A model generated the notes under the pieces. It did no database searches, had not been told where the DNA came from, and saw only the letters and a list, made by a program, of their open reading frames with translations. Both the position numbers and the translations under genes were made by a program. A stretch of DNA of 64,000 nt from contig CM000153.2 of assembly GCA_000004695.1 (NCBI GenBank), forward strand, positions 4,576,001 through 4,640,000, written 5' to 3'. How positions within the stretch are numbered: the stretch's first letter is position 1; each line of letters starts with the position of its first letter. The stretch is from Dictyostelium discoideum. Lineage: Eukaryota. Of the stretch, positions 23,319 through 37,956 are shown piece by piece.

Positions 23319-24506
23319 ATGGAACAATTAAAATTATTACTATGGAACTGCAGAGGTAATCAATCAACCAACGCTAAGAATAAAACAGAAGAAACGATAA
23401 AAAGAATTGGCACTCAATTAGCACTCCTAACTGAAACTAATTTCAATGGATTCAACCACCACAAAACAATGTTCAACTTTGAAAGAATAGATCATGGTTC
23501 AGGTAAAGGAACTGGCATAGCAATAGAAAATAGAGATACAAGAAAAGGCCACATATCAATAAACTTCAAAGACGATGATGGTAGAATACTATCAATTAAA
23601 TACAATTCCTTTAATTCTATCAACATATTATTGATCTATGCTCCAGCGACTATATCTGAAAGAAACACCTTCATAATCAACTCAAAATCACTGTTTAAAA
23701 AATATAATTCAATCAACCATCAAATAATAGCAGGCGACTTCAATAACAACCACGATTGCAACAGCTTCTTCGGTACTGAATTACGTAAAATAATAGACCA
23801 AGACATGCTACTAGATACTGGTATTGAAGATAACACTCCAACATTTCCAAGATCAATGAAGAGACTAGATAGAATCTACTGTCATCCAACACTACTAAAC
23901 CAAAATTCAAAACTGGTAGTCCACAACACAGTATTTAACAAATCAGATCACTTTCCCATCACAATCACAATACAAACCAACAGAGAAACAACAACAACAA
24001 CAACAACCAAACTAGAAAGACTCCCTTGGACATTATGTAAAGAAATTCTCAACAACAAACATATACATGATGGGTTATCAGAATTAATCAGTAAGAACAA
24101 AGATAAGATCAAATCAGTGGAGGAATGGACGAAATTTAAAAATAATGTCATCAGAGATTATTTAAAAAAAGAACAAAACAAAATAAAGAAAGAAAAGAAC
24201 AAAAGAAAATACGTAATCCACAAATTACTTGGAAATAGTGATATCATTCCAAAGATGAGAAAAGAACTCAATGAAGAAATAAGTAGAATATTAGAAGAAG
24301 AAAGAAAGGTAAAAGCATGGGATATCAAATTAAAACTCCACCTGCATCAAGAAACACCAAGCAAATACCTCACAAGTATCCTTAAATCCAAGATCACTTC
24401 CAGGTATCAACCACGAAAGAGACACCAGATGCAAGATCTGTGGCCACCTTTTCAGAGACCCTTATTCTCACCTCTTCACTCTATGCCAAGATATCCTAGA
24501 TATTGA
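23319..24506 (+). CDS. Retrotransposon ORF2 N-terminal part: AP-endonuclease (EEP) domain, truncated before the RT domain
   Basis: EEP catalytic motifs are in order: N-x-R-G (WNCRGN), TET (LTETN), GDFN, and SDH (KSDHFP). The ORF ends at 24506 without reverse-transcriptase motifs, so the element has an internal deletion. Confidence 0.65.
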   Translation: MEQLKLLLWNCRGNQSTNAKNKTEETIKRIGTQLALLTETNFNGFNHHKTMFNFERIDHGSGKGTGIAIENRDTRKGHISINFKDDDGRILSIKYNSFNSINILLIYAPATISERNTFIINSKSLFKKYNSINHQIIAGDFNNNHDCNSFFGTELRKIIDQDMLLDTGIEDNTPTFPRSMKRLDRIYCHPTLLNQNSKLVVHNTVFNKSDHFPITITIQTNRETTTTTTTKLERLPWTLCKEILNNKHIHDGLSELISKNKDKIKSVEEWTKFKNNVIRDYLKKEQNKIKKEKNKRKYVIHKLLGNSDIIPKMRKELNEEISRILEEERKVKAWDIKLKLHLHQETPSKYLTSILKSKITSRYQPRKRHQMQDLWPPFQRPLFSPLHSMPRYPRY

Positions 24507-24564
24507 AAAAACCATCATATCAACAGTTAACAAATTATCATTCATCAAAATCCACAGATGGTCA

Positions 24565-24882
24565 ATGGAAACCTTAGACATATCAAAATACAACAGAACT
24601 GAGAGAATCTTCCCCAATCTCATAGGAATAATAGCACACCAATTATGGAAGATAATCTGTCACAAATTGTTCAACACTGATGAAAGCAAACCAGAGCCAA
24701 AATTCGAACAAAAGGTCATAGAAACAGAATTACTAAATCTCATCGAAACTGAAAAATTCATCACACTAAAGAAAATCAAACACGACGAAGCAATACTAAA
24801 AAACACCAATCAAGATCTTCACAAATACAAATTCAACAAAGCCTGGCAAACCCCAGCAGCTCCGAACCCTCTTCCAATTTAA
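24565..24882 (+). pseudogene. Remnant of the ORF2 C-terminal region of the TRE3-type element
   Basis: IGIIAHQLWKIICHKLFN... resembles the C-terminal segments of the two minus-strand elements (LIGAIMESIWYRRNQIKFN; LMALILHNIWIWICNQIY). It is in a different frame from the APE ORF. Confidence 0.45.
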
Positions 24883-25041
24883 GTAGTAGTAAAAAAAAAA
24901 AAAAAAAAAAAAAAATAATATAATATAGTTTAAAAAATTTAATACAATTGAATAATAAAAATAAAACCGTTTAACAAACACCGCCGAAAAGACACAAGGA
25001 CATTCCTTGAAGGTCTGATCACAGGTAAAAAAAAAAAAAAA

Positions 25042-25059
25042 ATTTCACCCACAGTTAAA
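25042..25059 (+). repeat. 3' target-site duplication (ATTTCACCCACAGTTAAA)
   Basis: See the 5' copy at 22439..22456. It follows A16. Confidence 0.8.
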
Positions 25060-25191
25060 TTAATTATTTTTATTTCTTTTACTGGGATAATTGAAAACAT
25101 TAGAATTTAAACATTTCTTTTTAAAATTCAAATTCCTTAAATAAAGCTATTAATTATTCTATATTTCCTTTAAAGGATAAACTATGATCAA

Positions 25192-25222
<31 letters not shown>

Positions 25223-25241
25223 TCATACCCAACTATATTTT

Positions 25242-25275
<34 letters not shown>

Positions 25276-25294
25276 TCATACCCAACTATATTTT

Positions 25295-25334
<40 letters not shown>

Positions 25335-26944
25335 ATCTTCATTTTTTCTATAAAAAAAAAAAGGGTGTATCTAACTCTTTATTTTTATTGTTTTATTATT
25401 TTTATAGATAATTGTGGATCATCTATGTATTAAATAATATATGAATCCTATTTAAAAAATGGCAGATGCTTTAAATATTTGTGTAGAATCTGACATATTC
25501 AATGAATCATATTTATCTCAATTTATATAATAATTTTAAATTTAAATAAAAAATCTAAATATGGTTTTTTTTTTTTTAAAGAGATAATTCATGGGTTTTG
25601 AAAGTATTTATTTTTATTTTTTATTTTTTATTTTTATTATTTTTAAAATAAAATTGAATAATAAAAAAAAAATAAAAAAAATAAAAAATATAAGAAAAAA
25701 AAAAATTAATCAATCTAAATCAATTTCTATTTTGAAAAAAAAAAAAAAAGAAAAAAAAAAAAAAAAAGTAATTAGGATGAATTTTCCTTATTGGGAAATA
25801 AAAAAAGTAAAAAGTATAATTTTTTTTTTGGAAATCAAGATCAAAAAATGTAACTCTTTTTGGGTTTACCAAATTTGGGTATCTTTTATTAAAAAAAAAA
25901 AAAAGTTTCAATTAAAATTTTTTAGTATAAAAAGACAAAAAATTATTAATTATTTTAAAAAAAAAAATAAATAAAATTTCAAAAAAAAAAAAAAAAAAAA
26001 AAAAAACAAAGAAATTTTACATTTTAGAAAAAACAAAGTTATAATTTTAATGTAAAAAAAAAAAAAAAAAAAAAAAAAAATTATAATTCTGGACATAAAA
26101 TATCAAAAGGTAAATTTTAATTTTAATTTTCTTATTTTTATTTTTTTAATTTTTCAAATATTTAATACATTAAATAATTTACCATTCTCTTTCTAATTAT
26201 TAGGTATAATGTAAAATTTATTTTTGTCTTTAAACTGTCCCAAATGAAATAAAACTTCCAACAGGTGTAATTAAATGTCAATACAACGGTTTTTTATTTT
26301 TTAAAAAAAAAAAGATAGTTTTATTAAGTGGTAGTTTATTTAGTATTGGTCGGTACTAACTCAATGTCTGAGAATCAAAGGATTTTATTTATTTTAAAAA
26401 ATAAATCTTTCAATTCTCAGGCTTTGCTAATTGGTAGATTGGTATTTAACAGCTTTCACTTAATAATATTTTTAAATTAAATAAACTAACTGATTGTCGA
26501 CAATAAACCATAATTTTACATGATAATTTGGACTTAATGCAAGGTAAACTATATTAATACTTTAATTCCAACACTATTTTATAAATATTGCAATTTTCTA
26601 ATAATATATATTTTAGATTGATCCAAGGATTTAATATCTGTCAACAGTACTATTAAAGGATATTGGAAGGTTAAAATCTAAACGTTAAAAAATAATATTA
26701 AATAAAATAAAATAAAATAAAAAAATATAAAAAAAATCTTATTTTAAAAACAAACAAACAATACATATTAATCATTAAATACTAATAGATTAAATTGTTT
26801 TTTATCCAATTAAAGGTCAAGATAAAATCGGGTAGATTTAATACTCGAAAAAAAAAAAAAAAAAAAAAAAAAAAAACAATAATAATTATAAAAAACAAAA
26901 ATAAATTAGGTTTTAATTGAGATGTATTATAGATTATTATAATT

Positions 26945-27153
26945 AATGATTTCTAATATTAGATTTTATTTTTATTTTATTTTAATTATTTTCCCAATTA
27001 ATTATTTCTTAAAAAAAATAAAATTAACTATATAAAAATAAAACTTCAATATATTTATGTAGTTAATTTTATTCCTTTTTTATGAACTAATTAATTGAAA
27101 AAATAAAATAAAATAAAATTATAAAGGATAAAATCTAATATTAGAAATCATTT
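26945..27153. repeat. Inverted repeat / large palindrome. There are perfect 26-bp arms (AATGATTTCTAATATTAGATTTTATT at 26945-26970; reverse complement at 27128-27153). Imperfect extension of the arms runs inward.
   Basis: Direct comparison of the two arms. The inner flanks TTTTATTTTATTTTAATT and AATTGAAAAAATAAAATAAAATAAAATT are also mutually complementary. The central spacer is about 60-100 bp. Confidence 0.8.
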
Positions 27154-27332
27154 TTAGGGTAATTTGATTGAAAATTCAAAAAAAACTATTTTTTATTTTT
27201 TTTTTAATTTTTTTTTTTTTTTTTTTAAAAATAAATTTGGAAGATTCTTTTTTTTTTTGATGTTCTTAGAAGATGACATAAGAAGATCAGCAATTTAATT
27301 AAATTTAATTAAAAATTAGATAAAAAAAATGA

Positions 27333-27369
<37 letters not shown>

Positions 27370-27486
27370 TGCAAAGATTGATTCTTATTTAAAGTTTTTT
27401 TTTTTTATTTTTAATCATTAAATAAAAATAAAATAAAAAACATACAAATAAATAAATAAAAAAGTAAAAAAAAAAAAATAATTAAA

Positions 27487-28368
27487 ATGAATTCAATTGA
27501 AAATAATAATAAAAATAATAATAAAAATAATAATAAGATTTGGTTAATCACAGGAACATCAAGTGGCATTGGTTTAGAATTAGTAAAGAAGTTATTAACA
27601 TATGGTTATAAAGTTTCAGCATTAACTCGTAGACCAGAAGAAATTGAAAAAGAGATTAAAGAAATTCAATTTGAAAAAGATAATTTATTAATTGTTAAAA
27701 CTGATATTACAAATAATGAATCAGTAAAGAGTGCAGTAGAAGAGACTATTAAACAGTTTGGTAGAATTGATGTGTTAGTAAATAACGCTGGTTATGGTTT
27801 AGTAGGTTCAATTGAAGAGTTATCAGATTCAGACGTTAGAAAGATATATGATGTAAATGTATTTGGTGTTTTAAATTTATTAAGAAATTCAACACCACAT
27901 TTTAGAAAACAAAAATCAGGTTTAATAATTAACATATCCTCTCAAATGGGTTGGGATAATATGGAATATTACTCAGCATATAGTTCAACTAAACATGCAG
28001 TTAATGCAATCACATTCTCTGCACAAAAAGAGTTAAAAGCATTTGGAGTGAATGTAATATTAGTTAGTCCAGGTGGATTTAGAACTGGTTTTGTTGCTGG
28101 TCAACAATCAAACTTTCAAGTACCTTCAAAATTAATTGATGAATACTCAACTCAATCATTCATTGAAATGTTTAATAAACACTCACCATATTCAAAAGGC
28201 GATCCTGAAAAAGCAGCTGAACTCTTAATTAAATTACCAACAATTGAAGAATTACCAAATAATTTATTCATTGGCTCTGATTCATTATCAGCTGCCAAAC
28301 AACAATTACAATCACATTTATTAGAAGCTGAAAAATGGTATGACCTTTCAATTTCAACTGATTATTAA
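27487..28368 (+). CDS. Short-chain dehydrogenase/reductase (classical SDR)
   Basis: WLITGTSSGIGLEL (TGxxxGxG), VLVNNAGYG (NNAG), SSQMG...YSAYSSTKHA (S...YxxxK catalytic triad), PGGFRT. The ORF is an uninterrupted 293 codons. Confidence 0.9.
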   Translation: MNSIENNNKNNNKNNNKIWLITGTSSGIGLELVKKLLTYGYKVSALTRRPEEIEKEIKEIQFEKDNLLIVKTDITNNESVKSAVEETIKQFGRIDVLVNNAGYGLVGSIEELSDSDVRKIYDVNVFGVLNLLRNSTPHFRKQKSGLIINISSQMGWDNMEYYSAYSSTKHAVNAITFSAQKELKAFGVNVILVSPGGFRTGFVAGQQSNFQVPSKLIDEYSTQSFIEMFNKHSPYSKGDPEKAAELLIKLPTIEELPNNLFIGSDSLSAAKQQLQSHLLEAEKWYDLSISTDY

Positions 28369-28605
28369 AAATATTAAAAAAAATAAAAAAAAATAAAAAA
28401 AAATAAAAAAAAAAAAAAAAATAAATAAACCTTTTTGTAAATAATAAACCTTTCAATTTCAACAGAAAAAACCAAAACGAACTTCTGTAGATTAATTTTA
28501 TTTTAAGAGATGTTTATCTTTACTTTTTTTATTAGTTTATTTTCAAAAAGAAAAAATGATTATTTATACTATTCATTTTCATTTGGATCACATAAAAATA
28601 ATAAT

Positions 28606-28637
<32 letters not shown>

Positions 28638-30135
28638 AATTTAAAATACACACACCCACAATCTGAAATGATTCCAAACCAGATTTAAAAAAATGGGTTT
28701 GGAAATATATTTATTGTCAATTAATTTTTTTTTTACAATTTAATGTCGTTCATTGTTTTTGTAATTATTTATTTTTAACTTTGTTTTCAATTTGAATTTT
28801 TTTTTTTTTAAATGAAATAGCACTGGTACTTATAATGATGATTAGGATTTAATTTTTCATTTTATTACTATTCAACTACTAATAAAAAATTAATTTACAC
28901 TTTGTGTGGAAACCTTTAAGATGCAAATTAAGTGTTTCTCTTAAATGTAAAATGAGGTAAACATTATTGATTTATAAATTAATGGAATTCGTGAATAAAT
29001 ATTAAAAAAAAAAATAAAAAAAAAATGGAAATTAATTATCAAGTATTAATAATTCATATTTTTTAGGCATTGAAACAAAGAAATTCAACAAAATAATTAG
29101 TTATTATTACAAAAGCTTTTGATATTAGTTTGCCCATTTCTTATTCCTATTTCCTTGATTCCCATTTCCTGTTTTGGAATGAAAAAAAAAAAAAAAGTTT
29201 GGCATTCGGTTGGAAAAATAAAAAATAAAAAATAAAAAATAAAAAAAATAAAAAAAAATAAAAAAATAAAAATGAAATTTATGACATTATAAAATTTTAT
29301 ATTTATAGGTTTTTTTTTTTTTTCAAAATCACACTTTCATACCTGTCATAAAAAAAAAAAAAAATTATTATTATTACAATAATTTATCTTTAAAGTAAAT
29401 TAATAAATAAAGTAGTGAAATTGATTTTATTATTATAATTTTTTTTTTCCTTTTTTCTAAACAGATTTTTATTTTTTTTTATTTAATTTTAATGTAATTT
29501 TATTTTTTTTTATTTTTTTTTTTATTTTTTTTTCAATCACAACAGCCAACAATTTTTTAACAAAAAAAAATATCTTAAAAAACATATTTAAAAAATTTAA
29601 AAAATAAAAAAAAAAAAAAACGATCGTTGTTGAAAAATGTTAAAACATTGCAAGGTGGACAAATTATTTTTTTTTTTTTTTTTTTTATTTTTTTATTTTT
29701 TTATTTTATTTTTTTTTTTTTTTTTTTTTTTTTTTATTAAAAATGAAAATATATGACCACCAAATCGCTATTGATTATTATTGATTTCTTCCATACAACC
29801 TTCACATCAATGTAATCTTTAATATACAACCCAAACACCTTTGTATTATCAAAAAAAAAAAAAGAAAAGAAAAGGAAAAACAAAAGCAAAATAATATAAT
29901 AAAAAAAAATTACCTCAAAACAGAAAGAGTTTTTTTTTTGAGGAATTAATTTTTAAAATAGTTATTTTTTTTATTATTATATTTTATTTTTTTGAGAGAA
30001 TTTCTATTACAATTAATAATCAAAAAAAGGTAATTTTTTAAAAACTTTAATTATTTCATACTTTCACAATTTTTTTTTTTTTTTATTTTTACCATCTTAT
30101 CGAATCGAACAATCAAAAAAAATTTTCAAAAAAAA

Positions 30136-30167
<32 letters not shown>

Positions 30168-30790
30168 AAAAAAATATAAATCAAATTGATATAAAAATAT
30201 AAACATAAAAAAATAATAAATTATCATAAAACATTTTTCAAGCAAAGAAAGTGTCGTTGTTATTGTTTTTTTTTTTTTTTTTTGTGTGTATTGTAGGGGT
30301 AAACCAACACATCCAAACATTGAAATAAAACTGATTTGTTTTTGTGTTGTGTTGTGTCGGTGTGGTCTTTTTTAAATCTTTTTTTTCTTTTTTTTATTAT
30401 TATTTTTAGTCTTTCACACCTTTTTTTTATTTATATATACTATTTTATATAATTTCTACAAATGTTATAATCAAAATTAACAAACCAAGCACACTTATAA
30501 CCCCACATGTGATTAAAAATTAAAAAAAAAAAAAAAATAAAAAAAAAAAAATAAAAAAAAACTTAAAATTATTTATATTATTATCATTATTATTATTTTT
30601 TTTTTTTTATATTTTTACCTTTTATTCTTTATCTCAATGATAAATATAATTTTAATTTTTTAATTTATTTTTAACCCATTTTGTTTATTTGCGTGTTGAA
30701 GTTTTTTTTTTTTTTTTTTTTTTTTATCATCTCTCTATTTGTACATTTAATTAAATTTGTAAAACTACCCATCAATTTCTTTTATTTAAA

Positions 30791-30824
<34 letters not shown>

Positions 30825-31141
30825 TTTTATATTTAATTTTATTATTTTTTTTTATTTTTTTTTATTTTTTTTTTTTGTATGTAAATAACCCACATATACT
30901 AATAAACATAAAATAATTATTATTTTTACCCATATTATTTTTTTAGTATATAATAAATTGTACATATACAATATATTCACCCATATATTTTTTTTTTTTT
31001 AAAAAAAAAAAAAATATACAAAATAAATTACTTTAATATAATAATAATAATAAAAATAATAAAAATAATAATAATAAAAAAAAAAAAACAAAGTTATATA
31101 TATATATATAACTAAATTCAGTTATAAATTTTTTTTTAAAT

Positions 31142-33511
<2,370 letters not shown>

Positions 33512-33675
33512 AAAATAGTTTTTAACAAAAAATAAAGAAAATGTATGAAATAAGAAAACATACATACATACATACATATATACAAACAATAAAGTTTTAT
33601 TTTTTTAATATAATATAAATATATATATATATATGTGTTTTTTAATTAATTAATTGTTTATTTTTTATTTATTAT

Positions 33676-34629
33676 TTAATTAAAATAATAAATTTGTTCA
33701 AAATCTGGTACAGTTGATTCAGAATATTGTGGAGTATAATTATAAATTAAGGTTGAAGCTTCAACTGATGGATCAGAGAAAGAGTGAAGTGATTTTCTAC
33801 ATTCATTAACGAAAAAGTTTGAAGTGTATTGATTGGCCATGATTGAGTCGAATGAATGATTCATTACTTCTTGATCCCACCATTCGAAAATTGGTTTCTC
33901 TGGATGCCATTGAGTACCATAGATTGGATAGTTCTTTGCCTCGATGGTAGAGATAAAGGTATTACCATCACGATCTACATTGGTTGATAAAACATCAAAG
34001 AAAGTATTGATTGATGATGTTTGTTGATAGGTTTGTGGTGATAAACCAAATTGATGATTATTCATTGTAATTGGTTCGCTTGCTAATGATTGCATAATGC
34101 TTGATGATGCCAATGAGAATAATCTACTACCGGCTGCTAATGATGTGAAGTTTAATGGTACAGTGTAGTTTTCTGAATTGTAGGATGAGAGTAAATTGAA
34201 ATTGTCTGCTGATAATAATGCCAACTCTTGGAATCCCATGCATGTTCCCCATAATGGGAAATAGTCACCATTGTTGTTAAACTCTACTACTTGAGACCAA
34301 ATCGATTGGATGGTGTCAGTGTAAACGGTTTGATTGTTGAAATCTACACCACCACCTGGGAAGAATACACCATTGATTGATCCCATTAATTCTGTTAAAC
34401 TCTTAATATCGATATCGTATAAAATTGGTACAACTCTTGCTCCTGCACTTTCAATATATTTGACATAACTGGCTGCAATATATTGACTTCCAAATGTAGT
34501 CATATCACCATCAGTTGGTTGTGTTAATATACCAATAATTGGTCTATTATTGATTTTAGTTTGTCCATTTACTTTTACAATACCAACCATTAAAATGATT
34601 GAAATTATTACTACAATTAATTTATTCAT
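33676..34629 (-). CDS. Gamma-glutamyl hydrolase (peptidase C26, class-I glutamine amidotransferase-like), secreted
   Basis: Signal peptide [28 protein letters not shown]... then FFPGGG, then the catalytic Cys in [13 protein letters not shown], then the catalytic His in GTQWHPEK. Colinear with human GGH. Confidence 0.85.
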
Positions 34630-35231
34630 CCTTTTTATTTTTTTTTTTTTTTAATATGGATGATTTATTTAATGAAATAAAAAAAAAATGAAAAAAAAAA
34701 AATGAAATAATACGATAAATTTTTAAAAAATAAAAAAAAAAAAATAAAAAAAAAATTAAAATTAAATTTTTTTTAAAAAAATTAAAAACAATTGTCTTAA
34801 ACCTCGTGGGAAATTTTAAAATAAAATCAAAAAAAAATATCTAAAAACCCCCAGGAATTATTTGAAATAAAAAAAAATGAAATACGGAGTTCATATTATC
34901 ATTCGTGTATTTTTTTCTATTTTATTTTTTAATTAAAATGATTAAATTATTAAAAAAAAGTGTCGAGCTTTAAAATTTAAACTCGGCAAAGATCTTTATT
35001 CTTCAAAAAAATTAATGACCTCATTGTGTGAAATTTTTTTATTTTTTTTTTTTTTTTTTTTTTTTTATTTTTATTTTTTATTTTTTTTTATTTTTTTTTA
35101 TTTTTATTTTTATTTTTGTGTGGTTCACATAAACCATAATATTATAATAATTATTGTTTAATTTTAATATTTATTAATTTTTTTAATTTTTTAATTTTTT
35201 TTTTAATATATTTCTTATTACATAATTAAAA

Positions 35232-35364
35232 ATGAACGGAGATGAATCAAACCTCCATAATAATGATATAATTGATGAAGGTAAATTCAAAATATATAAA
35301 CAAGGAAACAAAACATATTGGTATAAAATTGATATTTATCAAAGTTTATTATCTTGGTATGAAA
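35232..35364 (+). CDS. Exon 1 of a large low-complexity protein (start of a PH-like domain)
   Basis: MNGDESNLHNNDIIDEGKFKIYKQGNKTYWYKIDIYQSLLSWYE. A GTGAGT donor is at 35365. It joins in phase 1 to the long ORF. Confidence 0.6.
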
Positions 35365-35538
35365 GTGAGTATAAAAAATTTTTTTTTTTTTTTCCTCCTC
35401 TCTTTAAAATTTTATTATAAATAAATTAATTAATTAATTAATTAATTAATTTTCAATCAAATTACTTACTAATTTTAATTTTAATTTTTTAATTTTTTAA
35501 TTTTTTTATTTTTATTTTTTTTTTTTATTATATAATAG

Positions 35539-37485
35539 AAAGAGATGACGAATCAGCAACATCATTTTTAATGGTTCATCAAATTACATCAATTGAACCA
35601 TGTACAAGTCCAAATAATGATAGTGATAAATATTTTGTAAAAGTTTTTTTAAATGAAAGGGAAAAAATTTCAAATGATGACAATGAAGAAATTGATGATG
35701 ATAAGATTTTATTTATTTTTAGTTATTCAAAAGAGAGAGATGCATTCATTGAATCATTGAAAAAATGTAAACAATTTAAAATTGAAATTAATAGTAAGAA
35801 TGTTACAAATATTAAACCAGCTTCACCAAAGGGTAAATCGTCATCATCACCATCATTATCAGCATCACTTTCACAAAAAAAGCCATCAACCGGTAGTGGT
35901 TTCATTGGTACCAATAGAAAATCTTTAACAAAACCCCAATCTTTCTCTCAAGTTAAAGCACCTTCAAGACCTGGTAGTCAAACTTTTTTAATGGGTTCAT
36001 TTAGACAAGTTGAAAATAATAATAATAATAATAATGATGATGATAATGATAATGATGAAATTGATGATCAACAAGAAGAAGAAGAAGAAATAGAGCAAGA
36101 AGAAGAGCAATTAGAAAAAGAAAATGAAAAAGAAAAAGAACAACAAGAAATTATTGAAAAACAAAAAGAAATTGAAAAACAAAAAGAAATTGAAAAAGAA
36201 AAAGTAAAACAAAAAGAACAAGAAAAAAAAAATGAAAAGGAAAGACAAGAAAAAGAAAAACTAGAAAAAATAAAAGAGAAAGAAAGAGAAAGAGAAAAAG
36301 AAAGAGATAAAGAAAGAGAGTTAGAAAAAGAAAGAGAAAGATTAAAAGAAAAAGAAAGAGAGAAATTAAAAGAAAAAGAAAAAGAGAAACAAAAACAAAA
36401 AGAAAACGAAAAGCAAAAAGAAAATGAAAAACAAAAAGAACAGGAAAAACAAAAAGAAATCGAGAAGCAAAAAGAACAAGAAAAACAAAAAGAACTTGAA
36501 AAGCAAAAAGAAAACGAAAAACAAAAAGAAATTGAAAAACAAAAAGAGCAAGAAAATGAAGATTCAATGAATATAATTCAAGACGAAATTAATGGAAAGA
36601 AAGAAGACGAACAACAACAACAGCAACAACAGCAACAGCAACAGCAACAACAAAAACAATCATTACCAATTAAACAAGTTAAATTTGAAACAATTGAGCA
36701 AGTTGAAAGTTTAAAAAATAGTTTACAAATTAGTTTTGATTCAAGCGAACAACCACAAACTAAATCAGAAACAACTGAAGGAGGAGAAACTACAACAACT
36801 TCAACAACCTCAACAACAAATTCTACAATTCAAAGTTTAAAAGTTGTAAATTATAGATCAACAGGTCGTTCAGAGGATGATGATAATAATATACCAGTTG
36901 AAAGTAAGAGTGCTATTACATTTAGAAAATCACCATCATTAAATTCAAGTGGTGGAGGTGGAAATAAAAGAGTTTTTAATAGTAAAGTTAATGGTAGTAT
37001 TAATAGTAGTGATGATGGTAATTCAAATCTATTTGGATATGGTGGCAGTTTAAATGGTAGTAATAATTCATTAACAACAACAACAACAACTACAACTTCA
37101 TCATCAACATCAACACCATCCTTAAATAATTATCCAAATAATATTAGATTATCAGGATCAGGTACAAAATTACCAATTGGTCAACAAGGTTTAAGCCAAG
37201 ATTCAAATGGTTATTATATTATTGGTAATAATACAAATCAATTAAGATCAATCATTGGTAGATCAGTTGCTGGTGATTCATCCTTTACTGGTATTATAGC
37301 TGGTAAATTTAAAATCGATTGGAGACCTACCCAACAAATTTGGCTTGTAAATTTAGAGAGTGGTGGTGGTAATAGTGGTAGTAATAATAGTAGTCCATTA
37401 TTATCTCATAGTAATAATAGTATTGATAGTTATGGTAGTGGTAATAGTAATAACAGTAATAACAATAACAATAATAATAATAGTA

Positions 37486-37579
<94 letters not shown>

Positions 37580-37869
37580 CAACAGTAACAATGAAATTGA
37601 AATTGGACCAGCGACACCATCAAAAGAAGAATTACTATTTAGATTGGAGAGAAAGAGAGAGAAAGCATTAGAAGAGAATGATACAATTTTAGCTAACTTA
37701 TTAAAACAAAGACAAATTGAATTGGAACAGTCACAAGAAGAAACTTTCATATTCAAAGGTGGTATTGTTTTAGCACATAGAAATGAAAAATGGGAATTAT
37801 TAGAAGCGCCAATACCAAAGAATTCTTCAAAAACACCTTATCATCAAGATAATAGACCAAATAATAATA

Positions 37870-37956
<87 letters not shown>

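Larger units (their letters stand above)
22457..25041 (+). mobile_element. Internally deleted non-LTR retrotransposon of TRE3 type, inserted 90 bp downstream of tRNA-Phe and flanked by an 18-bp TSD
   Basis: ORF1 (221 aa) is followed by ORF2 with an apurinic/apyrimidinic-endonuclease (EEP) domain (LLWNCRGNQ.., LALLTETN, IIAGDFNNNHD, NKSDHFPI). The RT domain is missing. A C-terminal ORF2 remnant lies at 24565..24882. There is an internal A-run at 24886-24915 and a 3' module. The element ends in oligo(A) 25027-25041 and then the TSD. Insertion at about 90 bp 3' of a tRNA gene is the TRE3 hallmark. Confidence 0.7.
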
